A stretch of 64,000 bases of DNA from Terriglobia bacterium (GTDB lineage Bacteria > Acidobacteriota > Terriglobia > UBA7540 > JAPUME01), in NCBI GenBank assembly GCA_965237895.1, contig CBDEGR010000001.1, positions 99,906-163,905 on the forward strand. Reading direction: 5' to 3'. The number at the start of each line of letters is the position of its first letter. Within the stretch, counting starts at the first letter, position 1. The position numbers and the translations under genes were made by a program. The notes below the pieces were generated by a model. That model searched no databases, was not told where the DNA came from, and saw nothing but the letters and a program-made list of their open reading frames with translations. This document shows, one piece after another, positions 19,535-29,730 of the stretch.

Positions 19535-20572
19535 TTGACCGATTCCAGGAGTAATTTCAAGCCGGAGTCCCGATATTCACGCCAGATCCTTTTTCCTCAG
19601 ATCGGGGAAGAAGGGCAGCGGCGGATTGAAGGCTCGCGCGTGGTGATCGTCGGCTGCGGCGCCTTGGGCACCGCGCAGGCCAATGCCTTGGTACGTGCCG
19701 GGGTGGGGCGCCTGCGGATTGTAGATCGTGATTACGTCGAAGAGAGCAACCTGCAACGCCAGATGCTCTTCACCGAATCCGACGCGGCGGAGAACCTGCC
19801 CAAGGCCGTCGCTGCGGAAAGAAAACTGAGGTCCATCAATCATTTGGTAGAGGCTGAGGGAGTGGTGGCCGACCTGAACCACAGGAACGGGGAAGAGTTG
19901 GTGAAAGGCTTCGACCTGATTCTCGACGGAACCGACAATTTTGAGACTCGCTATCTGTTGAACGAGTTGTCCGTCCGCGAAGGGATTCCCTGGATCTACG
20001 GCGGTGCGGTGGGAAGCGCCGGAAGCACCTTTACGGTGGCGCCGGGACGAACGGCCTGCCTCAGTTGCCTGTTTCCTGCTTTGCCCAAAGGCCTGCATGA
20101 GACCTGCGATACGGTGGGCATCCTCTCTCCGGCGGCAAGCTGGACGGCGGCCGTACAAGTGAGCGAAGCCATCAAAGTTCTGCTGGGCCGATGGGAGAGC
20201 CTGCACGGGAGCTTTCTCAGCTACGACGTGTGGGAGAACCGGTCCGGGCAGGTGCGCGTGGAGCAGGACCCGAACTGCCCCGTCTGCCGCCGCTGGGATT
20301 TTATGCACCTCGAAGGGCGCGGCCCCACCCGCATCAGCTTCTGCGGGCGGAATTCGGTCCAAATCCACCAACGCGGGGAGCGCCGCCTGGACCTCGAAGA
20401 GCTGAGAAAAAGGCTGGAGAAAAGGGGCGAAGTGCGGGCGAACGCCTATCTGCTCCGCTGCCGACTTGAGGATTACGAGCTCACCGTGTTTCCCGACGGT
20501 CGCACCATCGTCAAGGGTACCCAGGACCCGGCCGTGGCGCGCAGCCTCTATGCGCGTTATGTAAGCGGGTAA
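19535..20572 (+). CDS. ThiF/MoeB/HesA-family E1-like adenylyltransferase with C-terminal extension
   Basis: YSRQILFPQIGEEGQRRIEGSRVVIVGCGALG...RIVDRDYVEESNLQRQMLF; Cys pairs CLSC and CPVC. No adjacent ubiquitin-like or JAB gene. Confidence 0.8.
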   Translation: MTDSRSNFKPESRYSRQILFPQIGEEGQRRIEGSRVVIVGCGALGTAQANALVRAGVGRLRIVDRDYVEESNLQRQMLFTESDAAENLPKAVAAERKLRSINHLVEAEGVVADLNHRNGEELVKGFDLILDGTDNFETRYLLNELSVREGIPWIYGGAVGSAGSTFTVAPGRTACLSCLFPALPKGLHETCDTVGILSPAASWTAAVQVSEAIKVLLGRWESLHGSFLSYDVWENRSGQVRVEQDPNCPVCRRWDFMHLEGRGPTRISFCGRNSVQIHQRGERRLDLEELRKRLEKRGEVRANAYLLRCRLEDYELTVFPDGRTIVKGTQDPAVARSLYARYVSG

Positions 20573-20652
20573 GCGCGCCTACGACTCTTCCTTCTCAAAT
20601 TAAATTCCTTAGTGGATTTTTCCGGGAGTTACTGGCGGAAGAAGGGGAAGAT

Positions 20653-21534
20653 TTAACGGGACTTGTTGACTGTCGCTGCGACGGGCCGGGGCCTGCGCTT
20701 GTCTTCGTACATATTGCTGTCGGCGAGGGACAGCGTTTGGTCGGCGGTTTCGCCGTTTTTGTGGAGATGGGTTCCGATGCTGAGGTTGAGGCTGAATTTG
20801 CCCATGCGATTCTTTCCCTGCCACTCTTCGACCCGCTGGTAGATGCGGCGCTTTACCATGTCGGCGCCCTCCTCATCGGTTTCCGGCAGGATGAGGACGA
20901 ACTCGTCGCCTCCGTAACGGACAATGTAATCGGAGCCGCGGATGCAGGAGCGGAGGATATTGGCCACCTCCGCCAGCACGAAATCGCCCGTCAGGTGTCC
21001 AAAGCGGTCGTTGATCTCCTTGAAGTGGTCGATGTCGGTCATCATCAGCGCCAGGGGGCGGCCGTTCCGCTCGGCGCCGGAAATTTCACTTTGCAGCAGA
21101 TCACGAAGCAGGCTGCGGTTGAAGACGTGGGTCACAGAGTCCAGCATGCTGTTCGAGAGCTTCGACTGCGCCTCCAGTAATTGATTGACGTTCCGCATCC
21201 GCATCTTGCGCAGTGCTCTCTCTCTCCTTACCAACGAAAGAGCGAAAATGACCAGTGCGATCATGACGACGAACAACGCTACGGGCGGGATGGTGAAGCT
21301 TACTGTCAGGGGATGGTTGGTCCAGAAATCCCGCGGTAGAAAGAAAGAGAGAACCCCCAGGGCCAGCACCGCCACGGCGAAGCCCACCAGGATCCGCGCT
21401 TCCCAACCGCCTGTTTCCAGCCTGCTCAGCTCGGTCAGAAGGCGATTCTGCGGGCCAAGTTGCTCGAAGCCGCCGCTGGGTTGCTCGTTCTCTCCGGGTT
21501 GCCGGAGCGATTCAATTTCACTCAAGTGCGCCAT
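20653..21534 (-). CDS. Membrane-anchored diguanylate cyclase (GGDEF)
   Basis: Two predicted TM segments, then RYGGDEFVLILPETD and DIDHFKEINDRFGH. Confidence 0.85.
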   Translation of the reverse strand: MAHLSEIESLRQPGENEQPSGGFEQLGPQNRLLTELSRLETGGWEARILVGFAVAVLALGVLSFFLPRDFWTNHPLTVSFTIPPVALFVVMIALVIFALSLVRRERALRKMRMRNVNQLLEAQSKLSNSMLDSVTHVFNRSLLRDLLQSEISGAERNGRPLALMMTDIDHFKEINDRFGHLTGDFVLAEVANILRSCIRGSDYIVRYGGDEFVLILPETDEEGADMVKRRIYQRVEEWQGKNRMGKFSLNLSIGTHLHKNGETADQTLSLADSNMYEDKRRPRPVAATVNKSR

Positions 21535-21644
21535 CTCCCTGGTTTCCGGCGAGGAACCGGAAACCGCTATAGCCCATTATGAGGATGGACGGGCCGGAAA
21601 CCAACCCTACTGATGTACCGATGCGCCGTCCCCGACCGAGAAGC

Positions 21645-23195
<1,551 letters not shown>

Positions 23196-23390
23196 CTGGG
23201 ATACCTCTTAAGGGTTAAGGAAACACCGGAATATTATAACAAAGAATTTCCGATAGCCACAGTCTTCGATTGGCAATTGTGGCACGTCATTTTGACCTTG
23301 CTTTCTCCAGACCAGCAAAGCAAGCCAAAATAACGGCGGGCCTACAAACCCCGTCCTTTGGCTTCGGTCTGAGGATGGCCCTGTTGGTAG

Positions 23391-23798
23391 CTCCAACCAC
23401 GAACCTCGGCGATTCAGACTCCAGGGAAGGTGCGCCCAAATATCGAAACACTCCGCCGTATAGCGGAGGCATTCGATTGCGCTCTCGTCGTTCGTTTTGT
23501 CCCATTTGGCGAACTTGTATTATGGTCAGAACAATGTTACCCCGAGAACTTCGGCATCCCGACTTTTGATGAAGAGATGAAGCAAGCTGAGCGGGAAGAC
23601 ACGGCTGTTGCAGCCCTGTGGGTCCCAGATGAAATGCCAAATGTTACAAAAGCAGACACAGGAGCCTCTTCCGGCAGAATCTATTCAACAGAACCGCCAA
23701 CTGCGAATCTAAATCAGGAAGCAACAATTGATTCTCTACCGGGAACAGTGCTTCTACAACGTGTGGAATCTGACATTGGCAGAGTCCAAACCGGCTAA
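23391..23798 (+). pseudogene. Remnant of an XRE-family HTH gene (N-terminal HTH decayed) with a C-terminal extension
   Basis: The open frame from 23391 reads ...GKVRPNIETLRRIAEAFDCALVVRFVPF, i.e. only the last helix of an HTH_XRE domain. The preceding HTH-like residues (GLRMALLV...DSREG) lie in another frame, and stops at 23370 and 23388 block the frame. Confidence 0.45.
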
Positions 23799-23810
23799 GG
23801 GAACTGGAAT

Positions 23811-24158
23811 ATGCCTGAAAACCAGGAAGAACAGAAGCAGCCTGAGGGCGAAATCCCGCAGAAGGTGAAGTATGAGAATATCGAAGTATCATACCCAACC
23901 GTATATATTAACAACGCTGAATTTGGCACAACCGAATGGGACATGAGTCTAACCCTTAGCGAAATAAATAAGGCTGATGGAGAAACTGCCACGATATTTA
24001 TCGTCCCCAGGGTTAGGATTGTAATGAGCATTCCTTCTGCTCTTCGCTTTGTTGAGGTCATGATGAGAACCCTCGATACCTATAGGAAGACTGTGACAGA
24101 GCAGTTGGAAAAACAACAGCAGCCCAGTGCACCTCCCAAATCAGACTCAACCCCATGA
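23811..24158 (+). CDS. DUF3467-like small protein
   Basis: VYINNAEFGTTEWDMSLTLSEI...IVPRVRIVMSIPSALRFVEVMMRTLDTYRKTV resembles the DUF3467 pattern (YAN.f.v..s..EF.ldF...ar..mspq.ak.l...L...l..Ye). Lies in a lower-GC patch. Confidence 0.55.
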   Translation: MPENQEEQKQPEGEIPQKVKYENIEVSYPTVYINNAEFGTTEWDMSLTLSEINKADGETATIFIVPRVRIVMSIPSALRFVEVMMRTLDTYRKTVTEQLEKQQQPSAPPKSDSTP

Positions 24159-24264
24159 AATTCCCATCTCCACACTAAGACTCCACTACCGCCGAATCGT
24201 GAGTCCTGAGGTACTACTTCGAAGCGGGAATTCCGATCAGCGGAGAGCCTGGGGTCTTGCCCGC

Positions 24265-25095
24265 TCACTGGTGGAGGGAGTGGGGCAGGGGGCTTGAGAC
24301 CTCGAATACGAAAACGGTGTGCGACCCGATGCGGGCTCCAGGCAGTGGGATCTGAGAAAGTATGGTGGCCTCGATCGCTTCGTCTTCCTCTTGATCGGGC
24401 CCTTGTTCGGGCTCTTGATCGAGTGCTTTCCGGTAGGGTGCCGCTCGATAGTTAAAGTTGATTTCGGCGGAGGGCAGGCCGGATCTCTCCAAGGCTTCCT
24501 TTGCGTTTTCAATCGATTGTCCCACAAAGTTCGGCGCCAGATAGCCTTCCGGAGGTTTGCCCCGGGAGACCAGGAGCGAGACGGTGGGGCCGGATGCCTC
24601 GCGCTCTTCGGGCGGCGGCTCCTGGGCCAGAACCTGGCCCGCCTCCGTACCCGAATCCCATACCTCTGCGATCTCCCCGGACTTCAAGCCCCGTTGGAGC
24701 AGGGTAAGCTCGGCGGCGCGCAGTCCCTTTCCCACCAAGTTGGGGATGGGGGTCTTCTGCGGTCCTCGGCTGACCAGCACGTAGGCGTGCTGACCCACCT
24801 TCAGGCGGCTTCCGGCGGCGGGAGCTTGGGATAGGACCTGCCCGGCTTCCCGTTCCTCGCTATAGAGCTCCTCTTCGACCCGGATCTCGATTCCTTTCCC
24901 ACGCGCAAGTTTTACGGCTTCCTGGATCTCCATACCGACCAGGTCCGGCAGGGTGGCCTCGGGAGACTTGAGGGTGAGGCGAATCGTGGCAATGGCGCTC
25001 AACAGGGCTGCGGAGATGAGAACCATCCCCAGAAGAAGAATCTTGAGAACGTCGAAGATGCGCTGTTTGAGAAGCATGATGGGAGGCGCAGACAC
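24265..25095 (-). CDS. Membrane-anchored PASTA-repeat protein without kinase or transpeptidase domain
   Basis: N-terminal TM (LLLGMVLISAALLSAIATI) followed by about three PASTA-like modules (PDLVGMEIQEAVKLARGKGIEIRV..., PNLVGKGLRAAELTLLQRGLK..., PNFVGQSIENAKEALERSGL...). Confidence 0.75.
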   Translation of the reverse strand: MSAPPIMLLKQRIFDVLKILLLGMVLISAALLSAIATIRLTLKSPEATLPDLVGMEIQEAVKLARGKGIEIRVEEELYSEEREAGQVLSQAPAAGSRLKVGQHAYVLVSRGPQKTPIPNLVGKGLRAAELTLLQRGLKSGEIAEVWDSGTEAGQVLAQEPPPEEREASGPTVSLLVSRGKPPEGYLAPNFVGQSIENAKEALERSGLPSAEINFNYRAAPYRKALDQEPEQGPDQEEDEAIEATILSQIPLPGARIGSHTVFVFEVSSPLPHSLHQ

Positions 25096-25407
25096 CTCAG
25101 CAGCCAGTTTAGCATGCTGGCTCTTGGGCGGGGTAATCGAGAATTAGGGGATTTTTATCTTCGAGGAATTCAGCGGTTTGCCTTAGCATGTTTCAGTCCG
25201 AAATTCACATGTAAATTTCATCATATTCTAACCTCGGCTTAAGCGAATCCTTAGGTCCGTATAGGATGATGCGCCCTACCTTGCGGCTCTCTGCCGCGAA
25301 AGGGGGACCGGAAAACCCCCAAATCTGCATATGAAAAGGGAGAATGAAAACAATGAAGAAACTAGCGGTTGCTTTCCTAGCTCTGTTTCTCGCGGTCGGA
25401 ATGGGTC

Positions 25408-26208
25408 GTGCGGAAGACAGATCACTTGTTGATATTTCCAAAAAAGGTTTGGGGAACCGTCAGCCTGAGCGCGGAGGTTCTGCTGGTCATGCAGGGGTTC
25501 GGCGGTTTGGTGCTGGGCGCGATGGAAGGCGAGTGGCTGGTGGGTTTCATCTGTGCGCTGCTGTCCGAATACGAAGGCCGAAAAGTCCATGGGTCTTTTC
25601 AGATGGCGGTGCGGGAAGGCTGGCGGGACCGCGGCCTCGGTTTCCGGATGAAGCTGGCCCATCGACGGATTGCCCTCGAGCGCGGTATCCGGTCGGTCTG
25701 CTGGACGTATGATCCCCTGCAGAGCCGGAATGTCTTGCTGAACATTCGTCGCCTGGGGGCGAAAGTCAGAGCCTACCGGAAGGATTTCTACGGCTACTTC
25801 CCCAGCTCGATCGAACAAGGGCTACCCGCCGACCGGCTGATTGTCGAGTGGCGGATCGGGTCCCGCGAGGTGGAGCGCCATTTAATAAAAAAGCCGAAAG
25901 GGAAAAAGCGGCGAGAGGCGGGAAAAATCCCGGCTTCCGCGCCGCTCGCTAACCGGACCGAAAGGCAGCCGAACGGGTTTCTGCGCAATCGACGCATCCC
26001 CACCGCTCTCCGGAGTGCGGCGCTGCGGATCGAGATCCTTTCCGATACGGACCGTATGCGGCGGCGCGACCCCGCCCTGGCGCTGCATTGGCGGCTCCAG
26101 ACTCGAAAACTCTTCCTCTTCTACTTGGCTCGCGGCTACCTGGTGAAAGATTTTCTCGTGGTCGGCGACGGCGCGGGCCGGGGATGTTTCTATTTACTGG
26201 GAAAGTAG
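25408..26208 (+). CDS. GNAT-superfamily protein (COG3375-like)
   Basis: VWGTVSLSAEVLLVMQGFGGLVLGA..., RDRGLGFRMKLAHRRIALERGIRSVCWTYDPLQSRNVLLNIRRLGAKVRAYRKDFYG. The N-terminus looks short, and an out-of-frame signal-peptide ORF starts at 25344. Confidence 0.6.
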   Translation: MRKTDHLLIFPKKVWGTVSLSAEVLLVMQGFGGLVLGAMEGEWLVGFICALLSEYEGRKVHGSFQMAVREGWRDRGLGFRMKLAHRRIALERGIRSVCWTYDPLQSRNVLLNIRRLGAKVRAYRKDFYGYFPSSIEQGLPADRLIVEWRIGSREVERHLIKKPKGKKRREAGKIPASAPLANRTERQPNGFLRNRRIPTALRSAALRIEILSDTDRMRRRDPALALHWRLQTRKLFLFYLARGYLVKDFLVVGDGAGRGCFYLLGK

Positions 26209-26347
26209 AGGGCTGCTGGTGAAGTAGGAGGAGCTCAGACGGCTCTCTTTTTTCGCCTGCCGAAAGTTTCCTCTTGACCTTCCTCGGGAACCTTGACAAG
26301 GTGCTCCTACCCATTTCTAATTACTTTTTCAGCGAAGGGGTGAGAAC

Positions 26348-27202
26348 ATGATCAACCGCCGTTCATTTATTTTAAACCGAGGAACTTTGCTTTCCGCCGG
26401 AGGCGCAGGACTCATCGCCTCGGCGGCGCTGGGCGGGCCTGGCCCAGAGGCAGAAGCAGCCGCGGAAGCAGACGCAGAGGCAAGTCCGAAGGCCGCCCGA
26501 AACTCCAAGCCGCCCTATCTCGAGTTCCGAATTTTTCGTATGCAGATGGGTTCTCAGAACTCTCGCATGCAGACCTGGGCTGAAAAACGTCTCATGCCCT
26601 TGCTTGCGAAGTACGGCTTTTCTCCGACGGGCTTCTTTACGGAGGCTGTGGGACCGAACATCCCCTCGTTCTATTCTCTGTTTTCCTATGCCGGCTTGGC
26701 GGAGCGCGAGAGGCTGTGGGAGCAGGTGGTCGAAGACCCGGCTTGGGCGAAGGGAGTGGAAGAGTTGGAGTCCGGTGACGAACCGCCCTTCCACACCTCC
26801 GAGGGGTGGCTGCTTCGGGCGACGGATTATTCCCCCGCTTTGCAGGCTACGCCCAAGGACCGGAACCATTCCGTCTACGAATTGCGGATCTATGAATCCC
26901 CGACGGAAAAGCAGTTACGGGCTTTGCACGAGCGCTTCGCCGGACCCGAGATTCCCATCTTTCACCGCAGCGGGATTCATCCGGTTTTCTATTCCAGTAT
27001 GGCAAACGGGCCGAAGATGCCGAATCTCACCTATCTGACGCCGTTTGAAAATCTGGCGGCTCGGGAAAAGGCTTGGCAGGCGTTTCGAACCGATCCGGCA
27101 TGGCCTCCGGCGCTGCAGGAATCCATCCAACGGTCGGGCCAGATTGTCCGCAACATTACGGTTCTGCTTTTGACGCCGACAAAATTCTCCCAGCTTCATT
27201 AA
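26348..27202 (+). CDS. Tat-exported tandem NIPSNAP-domain protein
   Basis: Twin-arginine start MINRRSFILNRG...; two NIPSNAP-like halves (YLEFRIFRMQ..., VYELRIYESPTEKQLRALHERF...). Confidence 0.75.
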   Translation: MINRRSFILNRGTLLSAGGAGLIASAALGGPGPEAEAAAEADAEASPKAARNSKPPYLEFRIFRMQMGSQNSRMQTWAEKRLMPLLAKYGFSPTGFFTEAVGPNIPSFYSLFSYAGLAERERLWEQVVEDPAWAKGVEELESGDEPPFHTSEGWLLRATDYSPALQATPKDRNHSVYELRIYESPTEKQLRALHERFAGPEIPIFHRSGIHPVFYSSMANGPKMPNLTYLTPFENLAAREKAWQAFRTDPAWPPALQESIQRSGQIVRNITVLLLTPTKFSQLH

Positions 27203-27240
27203 GTTACTCGGCAGCCTGAGGGTTGTAGTGAAGAATCTGC

Positions 27241-28050
27241 ATGTCTAAGTCGCATTCACGGTCCGGGGCGACAACGGTCTTGGCGGTTTTTGCGCATCCG
27301 GACGACATGGAATTTCTCTGCGGCGGAACACTGTTGCATCTGGCCGAGCAGGATTGCTCCATTCACGTCGCCACTATGACAGCGGGTGACTGCGGCAGCG
27401 CCCAGCTCTCGGCGGCGGGGATCTCCAAGGTGCGGCGCAGCGAGGCGCGCGAGTCGGCCCGCAAGCTCGGCGCCGGCTACACGTGTTTGGAGGAGCGCGA
27501 CCTTTCGATCTTCTACGACCGCCGCACGTTGGCCAAGGTGACGGCGCTGGTCCGCCGCGTGCGCCCGACGCTGGTCTTTACCCATTCGCCCACCGACTAC
27601 ATGGTGGATCATGAAACCACCAGCCGCTTGGTGCAGACGGCCTGCTTCGGCTCCTCGGCGAAGAATTTTAAGGCCGGGGACGGGAAGAAGGGCGGCCGGA
27701 ACGTTCGCGCCACGCCTTCCATCCCGCATCTCTATTATGCCGAGCCCTTCGGCGGGCGCGACATTCTGGGAAACGCTGTTCCCTCGTCCTTATGGGTGAA
27801 CACCACCGGGGTCATCGGGCGGCAGCTTGAACTGCTCGCCTGCCACAAGTCCCAGCGCCAGTGGCTGCTGGCGCAGCAAGGCATCGACGATTACCTGAAC
27901 TTTCTCCGCCGCCGGGCCGAAGAGCGGGGACGGCAGGCCGGAACGGCCTTTGCCGAAGGTTTCCGTCAACACCGGGGCAGCGGATTTCCGCAGGACGATC
28001 GGCTCAGCACACTTCTTGGAGACTTGGTCATGAAAGCAAGGAGCGTTTGA
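27241..28050 (+). CDS. PIG-L/LmbE-family deacetylase
   Basis: VLAVFAHPDDMEFLCGGTLLHL, VFTHSPTDYMVDHETT. Confidence 0.8.
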   Translation: MSKSHSRSGATTVLAVFAHPDDMEFLCGGTLLHLAEQDCSIHVATMTAGDCGSAQLSAAGISKVRRSEARESARKLGAGYTCLEERDLSIFYDRRTLAKVTALVRRVRPTLVFTHSPTDYMVDHETTSRLVQTACFGSSAKNFKAGDGKKGGRNVRATPSIPHLYYAEPFGGRDILGNAVPSSLWVNTTGVIGRQLELLACHKSQRQWLLAQQGIDDYLNFLRRRAEERGRQAGTAFAEGFRQHRGSGFPQDDRLSTLLGDLVMKARSV

Positions 28051-28104
28051 GGGTGTCGATTTCCCCTCGATGTTGACGCTCTTCGGCGCGGGCGGTAGAG
28101 TTGG

Positions 28105-28422
28105 ATGTGGGGTGATTCCTTGCGCTACCTTCTCTTATTCCTCTTTTTTCTCTTCTTGTTTCTTGTTTTCCGGTTTTTCTGGAGATTGGGGCGGGGGATT
28201 TTGAAAGCCATGGGCGCGGCGGCGGAAGCGAGTCCGCGGCAGGGTGGGAGAACGAGTTCGGCTTCCGTTACCGGCCGGACTTTTCGGGACCCGGTCTGCG
28301 GCACGTTCGTTTCCACCGAGCTCTCCTACAAGCTGAACCGGGGGCCGGAGACATTCCATTTCTGCTCTCCCGAGTGCCGCCGAAAATTCGAGGCGGGTGA
28401 GCCCGACTCGGCCAACGGCTGA
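28105..28422 (+). CDS. Membrane-anchored YHS/TRASH-type metal-binding domain protein
   Basis: Phe/Leu-rich TM (LLLFLFFLFLFLVFRFFW), then DPVCGTFVSTELSYKLNRGPETFHFCSPECRRKF. Confidence 0.7.
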   Translation: MWGDSLRYLLLFLFFLFLFLVFRFFWRLGRGILKAMGAAAEASPRQGGRTSSASVTGRTFRDPVCGTFVSTELSYKLNRGPETFHFCSPECRRKFEAGEPDSANG

Positions 28423-28591
28423 GATTCGCCGCTCCTGCCGGTCCCGCTTTCCGCACCTTTTTCAAAATCGCCGGAGGGCAAATAATGATTGACACTCTCG
28501 GTGCAGCATTTAAAATAAAGCAGACCTGAGGGAACCTGAAAGGGTCCGAATTTTGCGCAACGAATTTTGAGCAACAGTCTGCCGGACGAGG

Positions 28592-29455
28592 ATGCTGCCG
28601 TTGAACGTTTCGTTGAATAGGCCGCCGCCGGTCGCTTTAACCGTTGGCGGATTTGATCCTTCCGCCGGCGCCGGGGTTCTCGCTGACCTCAAGACCTTTG
28701 CCGCTCACCAGTGTTACGGCGTCTCTGCCGTAACCTCGCTCACCGTCCAGACCACACAAGGCGTCCGCTCCTCGCACGCCGTCGATCCCAAAATTCTTCG
28801 CGAGATGCTGGAATCTCTGCTGGCCGACAGCTCCATCCGAGCCACGAAGGTGGGAATGCTGGGCGGCGTCAGTCAAGCGAAGACCGTCGCCGAGTTCCTT
28901 TGGAGAAGAGGCGTTTCTTCCGTGGTTCTCGACCCTGTGATGAAATCTTCTTCCGGCGCGGACCTGCTGGACGCGGACGGGTTGATTGCCTTGAAGGAGA
29001 AGCTGCTTCCCATCGCGGACGTCCTCACGCCCAACCTGGACGAGGCGGCGCGGCTGACCGGGCTTTCGGTGAACGATGTGGCGGGGATGAAGACGGCTGC
29101 TCGGCAACTGGTGGAGATGGGCTCGAAGGCCGTTGTCGTCACCGGCGGGCATCTGGAAAAGCCGGTGGACGTGTTTTTCGACGGGCAACAGATGGAGTGC
29201 TTCTCCGGCGACCGGGTGAAATCCGAAAACAGCCACGGAACCGGCTGTACGTTCGCCTCTGCGGTGGCGGCGAATCTGGCGCTGGGGTATCGGGTGCGTG
29301 ATGCCGTCATGCTGGCCAAGGCCTACGTGACTGAGTCTCTGCGTAAGGCCTATCCGGTCGGCCAAGGAAGCGTACCGCTGAATCACTTCTACCGCATGCA
29401 ACCTGCGCAGCGTCCCGTCTTCATCGAAGAACCGGTGCGCGAACCGATTCCTTAA
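28592..29455 (+). CDS. thiD: Hydroxymethylpyrimidine/phosphomethylpyrimidine kinase
   Basis: ALTVGGFDPSAGAGVLADLKTFAAHQCYGVSAVTSLTVQTTQGV, VTGGH, HGTGCTFASAVAANLA. Confidence 0.9.
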   Translation: MLPLNVSLNRPPPVALTVGGFDPSAGAGVLADLKTFAAHQCYGVSAVTSLTVQTTQGVRSSHAVDPKILREMLESLLADSSIRATKVGMLGGVSQAKTVAEFLWRRGVSSVVLDPVMKSSSGADLLDADGLIALKEKLLPIADVLTPNLDEAARLTGLSVNDVAGMKTAARQLVEMGSKAVVVTGGHLEKPVDVFFDGQQMECFSGDRVKSENSHGTGCTFASAVAANLALGYRVRDAVMLAKAYVTESLRKAYPVGQGSVPLNHFYRMQPAQRPVFIEEPVREPIP

Positions 29456-29584
29456 ACGTCCCGGATTCCCCCCTCCTCACCCCTGCTTCCGAACCCCCTC
29501 GGGCGTTGAAATTTCCCGCCTCACCGTCTCTTTTGGGCCGTTGTCCGAAGCGATTCGGGATGATATTTCAATCAATAACTGCGG

Positions 29585-29613
29585 TTGACAGCGAGGAGAG
29601 CGGCTGCTATAAA
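29585..29613 (+). promoter_or_regulatory. Near-consensus sigma70-type promoter upstream of argC
   Basis: TTGACA (29585-29590), exactly 17 nt spacer, TATAAA (29608-29613). Confidence 0.6.
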
Positions 29614-29617
29614 GAGT

Positions 29618-29650
29618 AGTATAGTTATACATAGAATGTATAACTATACT
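29618..29650. promoter_or_regulatory. Perfect 15-3-15 palindromic operator, ARG-box-like (candidate ArgR/AhrC site)
   Basis: AGTATAGTTATACAT-aga-ATGTATAACTATACT; the arms are exact reverse complements. Each arm is itself near-palindromic and resembles TGnAT-wwww-ATnCA. It starts 5 nt after the -10 box and lies about 80 nt before argC. Confidence 0.55.
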
Positions 29651-29730
29651 GATTCGGGCTGGGTTTCGCTACCCTGTTTTGCTCTGAGCGGACCCAGAGA
29701 GATGGTGAAGATCATCGGGAATATTATTAA

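Noticed and set aside
25344-25712. 122-aa ORF as a full secreted protein.
   Set aside because: Only the first ~35 residues look genuine. The remainder is an out-of-frame read of the GNAT gene. It is kept as a finding rather than a CDS.
28440-28591. Possible TPP (THI-box) riboswitch upstream of thiD.
   Set aside because: Only fragments are present (CUGAG and GAACCUGA at about 28517-28535). The pyrimidine-sensing half (…UAAU.CC.GCG.AGGGA) and proper P2/P3 helices are absent. A cmscan would be decisive.
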